In this document: in pieces, positions 8,712 through 18,413 of the stretch
Position numbering within the stretch: the first letter of the stretch is position 1
Layout of the letters: the number at the start of each line of letters is the position of its first letter
Source of the DNA: Candidatus Limnocylindrales bacterium
Lineage (GTDB): Bacteria; Moduliflexota; Moduliflexia; Moduliflexales; JAUQPW01
Reading direction: 5' to 3'
DNA length: 34,355 nt
NCBI GenBank assembly: GCA_035559535.1
Contig: DATMBG010000046.1
Location: 1 to 34,355 of the forward strand
Position numbers and translations under genes: made by a program
The notes under the pieces: model-generated
Told to the model about the DNA's origin: nothing
Database searches by the model: none
What the model saw: only the letters and a program-made list of their open reading frames with translations

Positions 8712-10541
8712 TCATCCTTTAAGGAGTTCTTTGATCTTTTTCTCAATTTCTCCCGGGGTAAAAGGCAAGCCCTGGACTTTGCTAAAGGAAATAATCGGGA
8801 CGAGGTATTCTGCCCGCAGCACCTTGGCCAACTGACCCAGATTCATTTCAGGAAGAAGGACTTTATTGAAACGCTTGAGGATATTTCCCAGATCCGGGGG
8901 AAGTGGATTAAGATATCTTAAATGAACATTGGAAACCAACAGTCCTTCTGCCTGGCATCGTTCAACGGCTGTGAGAATAGAGCCAAAGGTACTCCCCCAG
9001 CCTACCACCAACAAATCTCCTTCCGGTTGTCCATAGATCCGGGTAGGAGGAATTTCCTGGGCGATACGGGCTACCTTCTCCGCACGGAGTTTAACCATCA
9101 GCTCATGGTTCTCAGGTTCATAGTTTACGTTTCCTGTAATGTGCTGCTTTTCAAGTCCTCCGATTCGATGTTCCAATCCAGGGGTCCCAGGAATAGCCCA
9201 GGGTCTTGCCAGGGTATTCTCATCCCGCAGGTAAGGATAAAAGCCGTTTGGATCGGTACGAAACCTGACTTTAATTTCAGGCAGGTCTTTCGAATTGGGA
9301 ATTAACCAGGGTTCTGCACCGTTAGCCAGGTAACCATCTGACAGGAAGAAAACCGGAGTCATGTACTTCAAGGCGATGCGACAGGCCTCATAGACGGTAT
9401 AGAAGCAGTCTCCTGGGGTTGCTGCAGCTAAGACAGGTACCGGGGCTTCACTGTTACGTCCATACAAAGCTTGAAGCAGATCGGCCTGTTCTGTTTTTGT
9501 GGGAAGACCTGTACTGGGACCTCCTCGTTGAATATCGCAGATCACAAGGGGCAATTCGACCATAACGGCCAGACCAATAGCCTCTGTTTTGAGGGCCACG
9601 CCAGGGCCACTTGTACTGGTAACGCCCAGTGCACCGGCAAATGAAGCTCCAATTGCTGCACAAATACCTGCAATTTCATCCTCCGCCTGGAATGTTCGGA
9701 CTCCATAATTTTTATAACCGGCAAGCTGATGAAGAATCGTACTGGCCGGAGTAATGGGATAACTTCCCAGAAACAAAGGCAGTCCACTCTTTTTGGAAGC
9801 AGCTACCAGTCCTAAAGCGGTCGCTTCATTTCCCGAAATATTCCGATATTTACCAGGTTTTAGCTTGGCAGGTTTTACTTCATATCGGGTTGTAAAAACT
9901 TCGGTGGTTTCCCCAAAATGGTAACCGGCCTTTAAAGCCCGTAAATTAGCTTCTAAAATCAATGGTTTTTTGGCAAACTTGGTTTTGAGCCATTCTATAG
10001 TCGGCTCCATCTTTCGGTTGTATATCCAGTATAAAAGTCCTAAGGCAAAGAAATTCTTACAACGTTCGGCATCCTTAACCGGTAAACCCAAATCCTTCAA
10101 GGCTTCCAGCGTCATCTTGGAAAGGGGTAAAGCATGGACTTCGTAACCGGCCAGGGAACCATCTTCCAGGGGATTAGACTTATAATTGGCAAGCTTTAAG
10201 TTTTTCTCATCGAAATCATCACTATTCACAATAATCATCCCACCGGGCTTAAGTTCATCTAAATTGACCTTTAAAGCTGCCGGATTCATGGCTACTAATA
10301 CATCCGGTGAATCTCCCGGTGTGTGGATATCAAAGCTACTAAAGTGGAGTTGAAAACCACTGACGCCATATAGGGTTCCGGCAGGGGCTCGAATCTCCGC
10401 AGGAAAATCCGGTAATGTGCTCAAATCATTTCCCATGAGAGCAGTCGTGTCTGTAAATTGCATTCCCGTCAGTTGCATCCCATCACCGGAATCCCCGGCA
10501 AACCGTACGGTCACTTCATCAAGTTGGACCTTATTAGCCAT
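8712..10541 (-). CDS. korA: 2-oxoacid:acceptor oxidoreductase alpha subunit (gamma-alpha fusion)
   Basis: [58 protein letters not shown]. Start moved to ATG 10541 (MANKV), with AGGAG upstream. Confidence 0.95.
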   Translation of the reverse strand: MANKVQLDEVTVRFAGDSGDGMQLTGMQFTDTTALMGNDLSTLPDFPAEIRAPAGTLYGVSGFQLHFSSFDIHTPGDSPDVLVAMNPAALKVNLDELKPGGMIIVNSDDFDEKNLKLANYKSNPLEDGSLAGYEVHALPLSKMTLEALKDLGLPVKDAERCKNFFALGLLYWIYNRKMEPTIEWLKTKFAKKPLILEANLRALKAGYHFGETTEVFTTRYEVKPAKLKPGKYRNISGNEATALGLVAASKKSGLPLFLGSYPITPASTILHQLAGYKNYGVRTFQAEDEIAGICAAIGASFAGALGVTSTSGPGVALKTEAIGLAVMVELPLVICDIQRGGPSTGLPTKTEQADLLQALYGRNSEAPVPVLAAATPGDCFYTVYEACRIALKYMTPVFFLSDGYLANGAEPWLIPNSKDLPEIKVRFRTDPNGFYPYLRDENTLARPWAIPGTPGLEHRIGGLEKQHITGNVNYEPENHELMVKLRAEKVARIAQEIPPTRIYGQPEGDLLVVGWGSTFGSILTAVERCQAEGLLVSNVHLRYLNPLPPDLGNILKRFNKVLLPEMNLGQLAKVLRAEYLVPIISFSKVQGLPFTPGEIEKKIKELLKG

Positions 10542-10660
10542 AATCGATTTTAACACTCCTTTTTGTGAAAATGGGGTCACTCTACGCCTACGCCATCCCC
10601 TGATAGGGATGACGCGCAGTGCTTGCGGCCGAGAATAAAAATTCAAAGTATTCCATCTTA

Positions 10661-10690
10661 AACTTAAAGTCTAAAGTCCCTTCTTGTCAA
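10661..10690 (-). promoter_or_regulatory. Putative sigma-70 promoter of korAB
   Basis: Minus strand TTGACA (10690-10685), N18, TAAGTT. Confidence 0.4.
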
Positions 10691-10757
10691 GGTGTATCTT
10701 GGTCGAGGCAAGATCCCAGGAACTACCTTTCCTGTGACCCGGGTCTCGCCCTTTCCT

Positions 10758-11717
10758 TCACATCCAATGTTTCCATTTCATCCATAAGAACATCCCTACA
10801 GGCACTACGATAAAGGAAACCAGGGTTAAACTGAAAACCAGATTACTTTTTATGGGGAGACCTTCAAAATTCATTCCAAACACCCCGGCTATAAAATTTA
10901 AAGGAAGGAAAATGGTAGAAACAACCGTCAGGCGCTTCATGACTTCATTAAGGTTATTAGAAACTGAAGAAAGATAGGCATCCAGGGTGGCCGAAAGGAG
11001 ATCTCGCTGCATCTCGAGAAATTCATAAATCCTTACCGTGTGGTCATAAATGTCCCGAAAATATACAAGATGATCTTCTTGAATTTGAGGTATTCCTCGA
11101 TTAAGAATTTTATTAAATACATCCCGCATAGGTCCTACGGCTTTTCTGAGGAATACCAGTTTTCGTCGGACCTGAAAGATCTGATCCAGAAAGGTTTTAT
11201 TGGGAACCAGGGTCGCCTTCCGTTCCAGTTTATCGATCATCTCATCCAGTTGTTCCAGAACCGGAAAGAGCTGGTCGATCACCTGATCAGCAAGGGTATA
11301 AAAAAGAAAATCGACTCCTTTCTTAAGGATTTCTGCAGCATAAAGGGGCTTCTCCCAGAGCCTGGAAAGGGCCGGAATAATTTGAGATTCCACCGAGATA
11401 AGATAATTTTCCCCGAGGAACAGATGGAGCTCTTTGATTCTAAGACGATTCTTTCTGAATTTAATGGCGAATAAAACCAGGAAAATATATCCTTCATACT
11501 GATCCAGTTTTGCCCGCTGATTCTGGTGACGGCAATCCTCCAGGGTTAAGGGATGAAAATGGAAAATTTCTTCCAATTGACAAAGTTCTTCTTCAGAAGG
11601 TTGGATCCATCGCCCCCAGAGGATCACATCCTTCTTGGAAAGGAAATCTTTAACTTCTTCCAGGGAAGGGGTATGGAATCGATGGGTATCTTTAAAGAAA
11701 ATGGTGAGTTGGATCAT
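10758..11717 (-). CDS. corA: Magnesium/cobalt transporter CorA
   Basis: FHPLTLEDC, YFRDIYDH, NEVMKRLTVVSTIFLP, GMNF signature, two C-terminal TM helices. Likely ATG at 11717; the ORF extends to 11753. Confidence 0.95.
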   Translation of the reverse strand: MIQLTIFFKDTHRFHTPSLEEVKDFLSKKDVILWGRWIQPSEEELCQLEEIFHFHPLTLEDCRHQNQRAKLDQYEGYIFLVLFAIKFRKNRLRIKELHLFLGENYLISVESQIIPALSRLWEKPLYAAEILKKGVDFLFYTLADQVIDQLFPVLEQLDEMIDKLERKATLVPNKTFLDQIFQVRRKLVFLRKAVGPMRDVFNKILNRGIPQIQEDHLVYFRDIYDHTVRIYEFLEMQRDLLSATLDAYLSSVSNNLNEVMKRLTVVSTIFLPLNFIAGVFGMNFEGLPIKSNLVFSLTLVSFIVVPVGMFLWMKWKHWM

Positions 11718-11765
11718 AACTTTTAGCTTATCGTAAAAGCTGTTTTCGATCAAGAAAAATTATCA

Positions 11766-11793
11766 TTGACTTCTCAGGGTTTCGGTATAAAAT
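11766..11793 (+). promoter_or_regulatory. Putative sigma-70 promoter of the dehydrogenase/SBP/kinase operon
   Basis: TTGACT-N16-TAAAAT. Confidence 0.5.
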
Positions 11794-11896
11794 GACCGCA
11801 TAGTTTATTAACTCTTTGGTTCATAGAGCATTCCGATGGCACTAAATTAGGTCTTCCCCTAACTTACTGCCAGCGGAGTTATCCGGATATTGAACG

Positions 11897-12937
11897 ATGA
11901 AAGATAAATTTAGAGTGGGTCTTACCCGGGATTTTCTTACAGACGACGGGAGGTTAGTTTTTGAAGATATCGGTTTGAGCCTATTGGATGAGCAACCCCA
12001 TATCGAATACACTTTTTTTAAAGAACATTTTCCCGAGATTCAACCGGATCAGATTCGGGGATTAGATGGAATTATTGTATTGGCCCCTCGGGTGACCCGG
12101 AATACCTTAAAGGGAGCCGATCGACTGGTGGTCATTGCGCGATTTGGAGTCGGTTACGAATCTGTGGATTTAGATGCCTGCACCGACCACAATGTGGCTA
12201 TATTTACAACCCCTGGAGCGGTGGAAAGACCTATGGCCGGGGGGATTATGGCCTTTTTATTGGCCCTTTCCCGAAAGATGTTGATTAAAGATCGATTGAT
12301 TCGATCTGGGCGTTGGAAGGATAAAATTTTCCATATGGGAATAGAATTTATTGGAAGAACGCTGGGATCGGTCGGAATAGGAAACATTGGAAGTGAGATG
12401 TTTCGTCTGGCTAAACCCTTTGGATTTGGGAGATTCCTTGCCTACGATCCTTATGTAACCAGAGAAAAAGCTGAAGCCTTAGGGGTTGAGTTGGTAAACG
12501 ATTTAGACACTATCTTTCGGGAATCAGATTTTGTAACGGTCAATTGCCCTCTAACCAAAGAAACTGCCAGAATGATAGGAGAGCGTCAATTCCGCCTGAT
12601 GAAAAAGACGGCCTATTTTGTTAATACGGCACGGGGAGGCATCGTAGATCAAAAAGCCCTGACCAGAGCCCTCACCGAGGGATGGATAGCCGGGGCCGGA
12701 ATAGATGTCTTTGAGCAAGAACCTGTAGATCCCGATGATCCTCTACTCAAACTGGACAACGTCATTGTAACCGCCCACTGTATTGGATGGACCCATGAAG
12801 CTTTCCGGGATATAGGACGTATGGACTGTATGGGCATTGTCAAAGCCTCTCGAGGTGAGATACCCGATCATGTGGTTAATAAGGCAGTGCTTCAAAAGAA
12901 GGAATTCCTGGATAAACTGGCACAGTATAAGAAATAA
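11897..12937 (+). CDS. D-isomer-specific 2-hydroxyacid dehydrogenase (phosphoglycerate dehydrogenase-like, no ACT domain)
   Basis: RFGVGYE, GIGNIG Rossmann motif, NTARGG, DVFEQEP, TAH catalytic His. Confidence 0.92.
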   Translation: MKDKFRVGLTRDFLTDDGRLVFEDIGLSLLDEQPHIEYTFFKEHFPEIQPDQIRGLDGIIVLAPRVTRNTLKGADRLVVIARFGVGYESVDLDACTDHNVAIFTTPGAVERPMAGGIMAFLLALSRKMLIKDRLIRSGRWKDKIFHMGIEFIGRTLGSVGIGNIGSEMFRLAKPFGFGRFLAYDPYVTREKAEALGVELVNDLDTIFRESDFVTVNCPLTKETARMIGERQFRLMKKTAYFVNTARGGIVDQKALTRALTEGWIAGAGIDVFEQEPVDPDDPLLKLDNVIVTAHCIGWTHEAFRDIGRMDCMGIVKASRGEIPDHVVNKAVLQKKEFLDKLAQYKK

Positions 12938-12996
12938 CCAAGGAGGTGGAAGACTTATTTAACTTACTTTTGAAGAAGGGGAAAGGATCAGGAAGA

Positions 12997-14361
12997 ATGG
13001 CCATGGATTGGACCTTCATATGGTATATAGGTACCCTCCTCTGTGGTTGGATTTTGACCTTTACCCAGGTAAACCCGGTGGAAGGCAAAGATAAAAAGGT
13101 CGTCGTACTCTGGCATACAGAAACAGAGCCTGAATTCCTTAAAGCCATGGGGGAAATTATTCAGGATTTTGAGACCATCCACCCGGATATTCAGATCCAG
13201 CAGGTAGGTATCTCCTGGGATACGCTGGAGAATAATCTTGTAACCGCCCTCGGTTCCGGTAAGGTCCCGGATATAACCCATGGCCAGCCTATTACCTGTG
13301 CGTTTTTTTATGCGAAAAAACTTCTTCGCCCTCTGGACGATATCGTTGCTTCTATCGGAGAGGACAATATCTGGGAAGTGGTGAAGAAGATCGGTTACTT
13401 TGATAACCACTACTATGGCATTGTCCATGCGGCCGGAACTTCTCTTCTTATTTATCGAAAAGATTTATTCAAACAAAAACAACTCACCCCCCCCAAAACC
13501 TGGGAGGATTTTCTACAGATTGCCGGGATCTTAACGGAAGATCTTGATGGAGATGGTCGGGTAGACCGTTATGGGTTAGGCCTTCCGGGAACCTCTTTTT
13601 TTATTACCGGTGTTTTCGATGAACTCCGCCAATCTAATAATGCTGATCTCTTGGATTCCAAAGGAAATCCCTTATTAACCGAGAAACCAATCTTAGAGCT
13701 TCTGGAGTTTTACAGGAAACTCGTACCTTATCTCCCTCCCGATTGGATTCGATATGGATATTTAGATACCTTTGTGGCCCTTGCCCGTGGAAAAGTAGCC
13801 ATGATTTATACGGGTTATGGGCAAGGAGTCGGATATATCGAGCGATATGCTCCCAAGGAAATAGCCGACCCGGAACACTTTGGAGTTCTTACCAAACCGA
13901 TCGGACCTCTGGGAACCTATCCTGTTTCCCAGATGAATGCCGAACCGTGGATGATTTTTAAAGAAGCCCGGCATCCGGAAGAGGCTGCAGAATTTCTCAA
14001 GTTTTTTTATCGGGATGAAAATTACCTTAAATATATTCTGTCCATGCCGATTCATTTTCTTCCTATTACGAAATCTCTTCGAAACCACCCAAAATATCTG
14101 GCCAATCCGGTCATTAAGAAATGGCATGAATGGCTGATGGCTCAGCAAACTTATTTTGAAAATAATCTGGCGCGGCCTCTCTTAGTTACTCATTGGGAAG
14201 ATTTGCGAAAACCATTTCTTTTGGAAGTTCTTACCTCCAACATTATCTCGGAACTGGTTTTAGAGGTAACTGTACAAGGGAAACCTTCCGCTGAGGCGGC
14301 AATGAAGGCCCAAAGGAGCCTTGACAAGCTTTTACTTGCGGGTGGATATCGCAGAAAATAA
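12997..14361 (+). CDS. Extracellular solute-binding protein (carbohydrate ABC-type, SBP family 1)
   Basis: N-terminal hydrophobic signal, HPDIQI, PDI, LIYRKDLF, PPKTWEDF, GKVAM, EAAEFLKF; DLDGDG Ca-binding-like loop. Start probably ATG 12997; the ORF extends to 12946. Confidence 0.88.
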   Translation: MAMDWTFIWYIGTLLCGWILTFTQVNPVEGKDKKVVVLWHTETEPEFLKAMGEIIQDFETIHPDIQIQQVGISWDTLENNLVTALGSGKVPDITHGQPITCAFFYAKKLLRPLDDIVASIGEDNIWEVVKKIGYFDNHYYGIVHAAGTSLLIYRKDLFKQKQLTPPKTWEDFLQIAGILTEDLDGDGRVDRYGLGLPGTSFFITGVFDELRQSNNADLLDSKGNPLLTEKPILELLEFYRKLVPYLPPDWIRYGYLDTFVALARGKVAMIYTGYGQGVGYIERYAPKEIADPEHFGVLTKPIGPLGTYPVSQMNAEPWMIFKEARHPEEAAEFLKFFYRDENYLKYILSMPIHFLPITKSLRNHPKYLANPVIKKWHEWLMAQQTYFENNLARPLLVTHWEDLRKPFLLEVLTSNIISELVLEVTVQGKPSAEAAMKAQRSLDKLLLAGGYRRK

Positions 14362-16860
14362 ATGAAAACCATTCGTTTTAAGTTTCTGGTTTTTCCCCTT
14401 TTGTTATCCACCATTCCTTTAATTATTCTCGGGTTTATTTCCTTTAAAGATAGCAGCCGGGTTCTACAAGAAACAACTTATCAGCGACTCAACCAGATGA
14501 TTCAGGATTTTCAACGGGATATCGACACGCACCTTCTGGATCGACTCAGTGCGGTTCAGTTTTTAAGTGAAAGCTCCGCCCTGGCTACATTTTCTCGTTT
14601 GGGAATGGAAAAACACACCTTTGACCTGGAGGTTTATCATTTCCAAAGATGGAACGGACTCAAATTGGATCCTTTTCCCTCTGTAGGAGATTTAGTTAAC
14701 TTTAGTGTGGGATTAGGGGAGTTAGGGGGGAAAAAAATCCTGGATTTCGGGTTATATCCTTCAGAGGAGTATGTGGGACTGGACGGGATGGTTCGCCAAC
14801 ATGTTTATGCGGGAGGATCCAACGATCAAGATTTTCAAGAAGTCCATTTAGAAAAACTTGACCGGTCTCAAGAGATCTGGTTTCAGGAAGCTAAAAAGGG
14901 AAACAATTATATTTCAAATCCCCAATTTGTGAAACTCTACTTGAAAGAATATGCTCTGAACCAGGTAGGGGAGAAAGAGCGGATCATCGAAAAAAAATTG
15001 ATAGTTCTGGCAGTTCCTCACCGGGTTCAAAAAGAGCTCCGCGGAGTCTTGATGGTTACCACAACTCCCGATATTCTCTATCGGCAATTGAAAGAGCTGA
15101 CCTCCCATTATGGAACAAGCTATATTGTAAGTAATCAAGGGGTTATCCTGGCCCATCCCAATCCTGAACAGGAGGGTCAGAAGATAGAAGCCGATCTTCT
15201 AGCCCTTTTGAAGGATTCCGGGAAGGGATGGAAATCTTATGGGGAACAAATGCTTATCTGCTCTTCCAGTTTGCTAACAGGATGGATCCTTACTCTTAAT
15301 ATCCCGGAAGAATGGATTCTACAACCTATTTCTAACCTACGCTTTAAACCTCTTATCGTAGTAGGAATCACCGTTGTTGTAACGGGTTTATTAATGATAG
15401 GGATTACCAATCGCTTTGTTGTCAATCCTTTACAAGTTTTATCTAGAGAGTCTGAAATCATTGCGAGGGGAGAATATTCCCACAGGTTGAAAATTTCTAC
15501 GGGAGATGAAATTGAGAGGCTGGCCCTTGTCCTGAATACGTTGGCCGAGAGGGTTCAATCCCATACCGAAAACCTGGAGATGCTGGTTCAGGAAAGGACC
15601 GAAGAACTCCAGAAAAAAAATCGCCAACTGGAGGAGACCCTGGAACAACTCAAAATAACTCAAAACCAGTTGATTCAGTCGGAAAAGATGGGATCTCTCG
15701 GTCAAATGCTCTCAGGGGTTGCCCATGAAATAAATAATCCTCTGGCTGTTATAAAAATGTTTACCGAGTTACTGATGATGAATCTGGCCTCAGACCAAGA
15801 TACCGTGGAAATCTTAAAGAAAATGGATCAGGCAACCGACCGGGCCAAAAGGACTATACAAAACCTGCTTACCATTGCAAGGAAGCATAAACCTGAAAAG
15901 CGCTTCATTGATGTTAACCAGGTCATAGAGGGAGTTTTAGAGCTACGATCTTATTACTTACGTGTCAGTAATATTGAAGTTATTAAAAACCTTCAACCAA
16001 ACCTTCCTAAAACCATGGCCGATTTTCATCAACTCCAACAAGTATTTTTAAATATTATCCTGAACGCCGAGCAGGCTATGCAAGAAGCCCATCGCCAGGG
16101 ACGATTGATTATTCAATCCAAATTGATAGAATCCGTTCAAGAATCCCCCTTGCTCAAAACTTTTGTGCTAAATCCAGGAGAAAAGCTTCTTCATCCGACT
16201 CCTCCGTTCATTCAGGTTTCTATAACCGATGAGGGTCCCGGAATTTCGCCGGAAAATTTAAGGCGGATTTTTGATCCCTTTTTCACAACCAAAGACGTGG
16301 GAAAAGGCACAGGGCTTGGGTTGAGTATCAGTTATACGATCATGCAGGAACATGAAGGAAGAATTTATGCAACCAGCGAATGGGGGAAAGGGGCCACCTT
16401 TTTTATAGAACTTCCCGTCAAAGTTGAAGAAGAGAAATCACAGGAACCCGCATCTCCCCGGGGAAATCAGCTACCTCATCCTATACTTCCTGAGAAGCGA
16501 GTTCTGGTGGTAGACGATGAAAGTATCATCCTGGAGATCCTTTCAGAGATCTTACAAAAACTGGGATATATGGTCGATACCTCGAGAACGGCTGACACAG
16601 CTTTGGAAAATCTTAACTCAAAGTCCTATGATTTCCTTATCACCGATATTAAAATGCCCCAAATGGGGGGTCAGGAGCTCTACCAACACATAAAGCAACG
16701 AAACCCAAAGCTTGCCAGACGGATTATTTTCATTACCGGAGATCTGTTATCCGACGATACCTTGAAATTCATCCAGGAAACTGGAAATCTATGTCTGGCC
16801 AAGCCTTTCAGTATGGAAGAACTTCAACGGATTCTTCATCGGCTATCCCAGATGACCTGA
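14362..16860 (+). CDS. Hybrid sensor histidine kinase (TM, Cache-like, TM, HAMP, HisKA, HATPase, receiver)
   Basis: H-box GVAHEINNPL, N-box QVFLNIILNA, DEGPGI, FDPFFTTK, GTGLGLS; receiver VLVVDDE...TDIKMP...ITGD...KPF. Confidence 0.95.
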   Translation: MKTIRFKFLVFPLLLSTIPLIILGFISFKDSSRVLQETTYQRLNQMIQDFQRDIDTHLLDRLSAVQFLSESSALATFSRLGMEKHTFDLEVYHFQRWNGLKLDPFPSVGDLVNFSVGLGELGGKKILDFGLYPSEEYVGLDGMVRQHVYAGGSNDQDFQEVHLEKLDRSQEIWFQEAKKGNNYISNPQFVKLYLKEYALNQVGEKERIIEKKLIVLAVPHRVQKELRGVLMVTTTPDILYRQLKELTSHYGTSYIVSNQGVILAHPNPEQEGQKIEADLLALLKDSGKGWKSYGEQMLICSSSLLTGWILTLNIPEEWILQPISNLRFKPLIVVGITVVVTGLLMIGITNRFVVNPLQVLSRESEIIARGEYSHRLKISTGDEIERLALVLNTLAERVQSHTENLEMLVQERTEELQKKNRQLEETLEQLKITQNQLIQSEKMGSLGQMLSGVAHEINNPLAVIKMFTELLMMNLASDQDTVEILKKMDQATDRAKRTIQNLLTIARKHKPEKRFIDVNQVIEGVLELRSYYLRVSNIEVIKNLQPNLPKTMADFHQLQQVFLNIILNAEQAMQEAHRQGRLIIQSKLIESVQESPLLKTFVLNPGEKLLHPTPPFIQVSITDEGPGISPENLRRIFDPFFTTKDVGKGTGLGLSISYTIMQEHEGRIYATSEWGKGATFFIELPVKVEEEKSQEPASPRGNQLPHPILPEKRVLVVDDESIILEILSEILQKLGYMVDTSRTADTALENLNSKSYDFLITDIKMPQMGGQELYQHIKQRNPKLARRIIFITGDLLSDDTLKFIQETGNLCLAKPFSMEELQRILHRLSQMT

Positions 16861-16868
16861 TGGGAGCT

Positions 16869-18296
16869 TTATAGCTCTACTCCAAGTTCCTGGATCTTCT
16901 TCCGCAGCGTATTTCTATTAATTCCCAGGATGCGGGCGGCTTGAATTTGATTTCCGCTGGTTTTTCGAATTACCTTTTCAATAAGGGATTTTTCTACCTG
17001 TTCGATCACAGTCTGGTAAAGATCCCCTTCAACGTCGGGAGGCAGTTTACTGGAATACAACTGGAGTTTCGCCTCGATCATATCTTCAAGGAAAATCTTT
17101 TTCTTCTCTGGAGACTCCGATAGTTGAGAGATGGAAGCAGGTAAGTGCTCAGGGGTAATGGTATCGGTACTGGTCAGTACAATGGCCCGCTTCAGAACGT
17201 TTTCCAACTCCCGAATATTACCGGGCCAGTGGTACTGGATAAGAAGATTTTCGGCCTCACGACTGATATGTTTTCGTTCGATTCCCAACTCGGCGGAAAT
17301 TTTATTCAAAAAGTACTCCGTGAGCAATTTGATATCGCTTTTCCGCTCCCGAAGGGGTGGTAAATGGATATTAATGACATTGAGTCGGTAATAAAGATCT
17401 TCCCGAAATTGCCCCTTTCGGACCGCTTCCTCCAGGTTTTTATTCGTGGCTGCAATGACCCGAACATTGGCCTTGATGGCTTTACTTCCGCCAACCCGGT
17501 AGAAATCTCCATCCTGAAGAACCCGTAGGAGCTTTGCCTGAAGGTCCAGGCCCATATCTCCGATCTCATCTAGAAAAATGGTGCCACCGTCTGCCTGTTG
17601 AAACTTTCCGATTTTTAAAGCCGTTGCGTCGGTAAAAGCACCTTTCTCATGGCCAAATAACTCGCTTTCCAGGAGCGTTTCCGGAATGGCGGCACAATTG
17701 ATCACTACAAAAGGTTTCGAAATACGCCGACTGTTATAATGTAAGACCTTGGCGACCAGCTCCTTGCCTGTTCCACTTTCACCGGTAATGAGTACCGTAA
17801 CATCCTTATCGGCTACACGACCGATCAATTTAAAAACTTCTTGCATGCCCTTGCTCTCTCCAATGATGCTCTCAAGGCTCTCAGGAACAGACTTTCGCTT
17901 GAGTTCAGAACGAAGATGGGTGACCTCTTCTTTAAGGGATTCGATACTCTGGATTTTCTCAATCAGGAGGTAAATCTCATTTAAATCGAAGGGTTTGGTG
18001 ATATAATCAAATGCTCCCAACTTCATGGCGTCGATGGCATTTTTCATATCATTTTGAGCCGTCATAATAATGACATAAACCCCTTCGTAGCTCCTCTTGA
18101 TCTCTTTCAAAGCCTCCAGACCGGATATCCCCATCATTTTAATATCCATAAAGACAATGGAACAGGGTTGTGTCCGGAGAAACTCAATGGCTGCCTCCCC
18201 ACTGTCCAGGGAGTAAACTTCATAGCCACGCTTTTCTATGGCTTTCGCCATAACCCAGCGCATACTTTCGTCATCATCGACGATAAGAATCTTCAT
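16869..18296 (-). CDS. ntrC: Sigma-54-dependent response regulator NtrC (GlnG)
   Basis: Receiver ILIVDDD...DIKM; GESGTGKE, ESELFGHEKGAFTDA, FLDEIG, WPGNIREL; Fis HTH GNQIQAARILGINRNTLRKK; downstream of glnA-ntrB. Confidence 0.92.
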   Translation of the reverse strand: MKILIVDDDESMRWVMAKAIEKRGYEVYSLDSGEAAIEFLRTQPCSIVFMDIKMMGISGLEALKEIKRSYEGVYVIIMTAQNDMKNAIDAMKLGAFDYITKPFDLNEIYLLIEKIQSIESLKEEVTHLRSELKRKSVPESLESIIGESKGMQEVFKLIGRVADKDVTVLITGESGTGKELVAKVLHYNSRRISKPFVVINCAAIPETLLESELFGHEKGAFTDATALKIGKFQQADGGTIFLDEIGDMGLDLQAKLLRVLQDGDFYRVGGSKAIKANVRVIAATNKNLEEAVRKGQFREDLYYRLNVINIHLPPLRERKSDIKLLTEYFLNKISAELGIERKHISREAENLLIQYHWPGNIRELENVLKRAIVLTSTDTITPEHLPASISQLSESPEKKKIFLEDMIEAKLQLYSSKLPPDVEGDLYQTVIEQVEKSLIEKVIRKTSGNQIQAARILGINRNTLRKKIQELGVEL

Positions 18297-18341
18297 AAGA
18301 GTTCATCCTACAGGTATAAAGAACACGAAATAAAGAGATAG

Positions 18342-18413
18342 GGAAGTAGGGGAGTATGGAGGTAGGGGAGAAATTACAGGCATACTCCCCTACCTCCATA
18401 CTCCCCTACTTCC
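18342..18413. repeat. Perfect 29-bp inverted repeat built from ~8-nt purine-rich units, between ntrB and ntrC
   Basis: GGAAGTAGGGGAGTATGGAGGTAGGGGAG (18342-18370), 14-nt loop, exact reverse complement (18385-18413). Confidence 0.9.

Noticed and set aside
10542..10646. N-terminal extension of the 644-aa KorA ORF
   Set aside because: Not KorA-like; it crosses the RBS and a leader hairpin, so the real start is probably ATG 10541
11897..12937. Calling the dehydrogenase serA
   Set aside because: No ACT domain, and family-level motifs cannot fix the substrate
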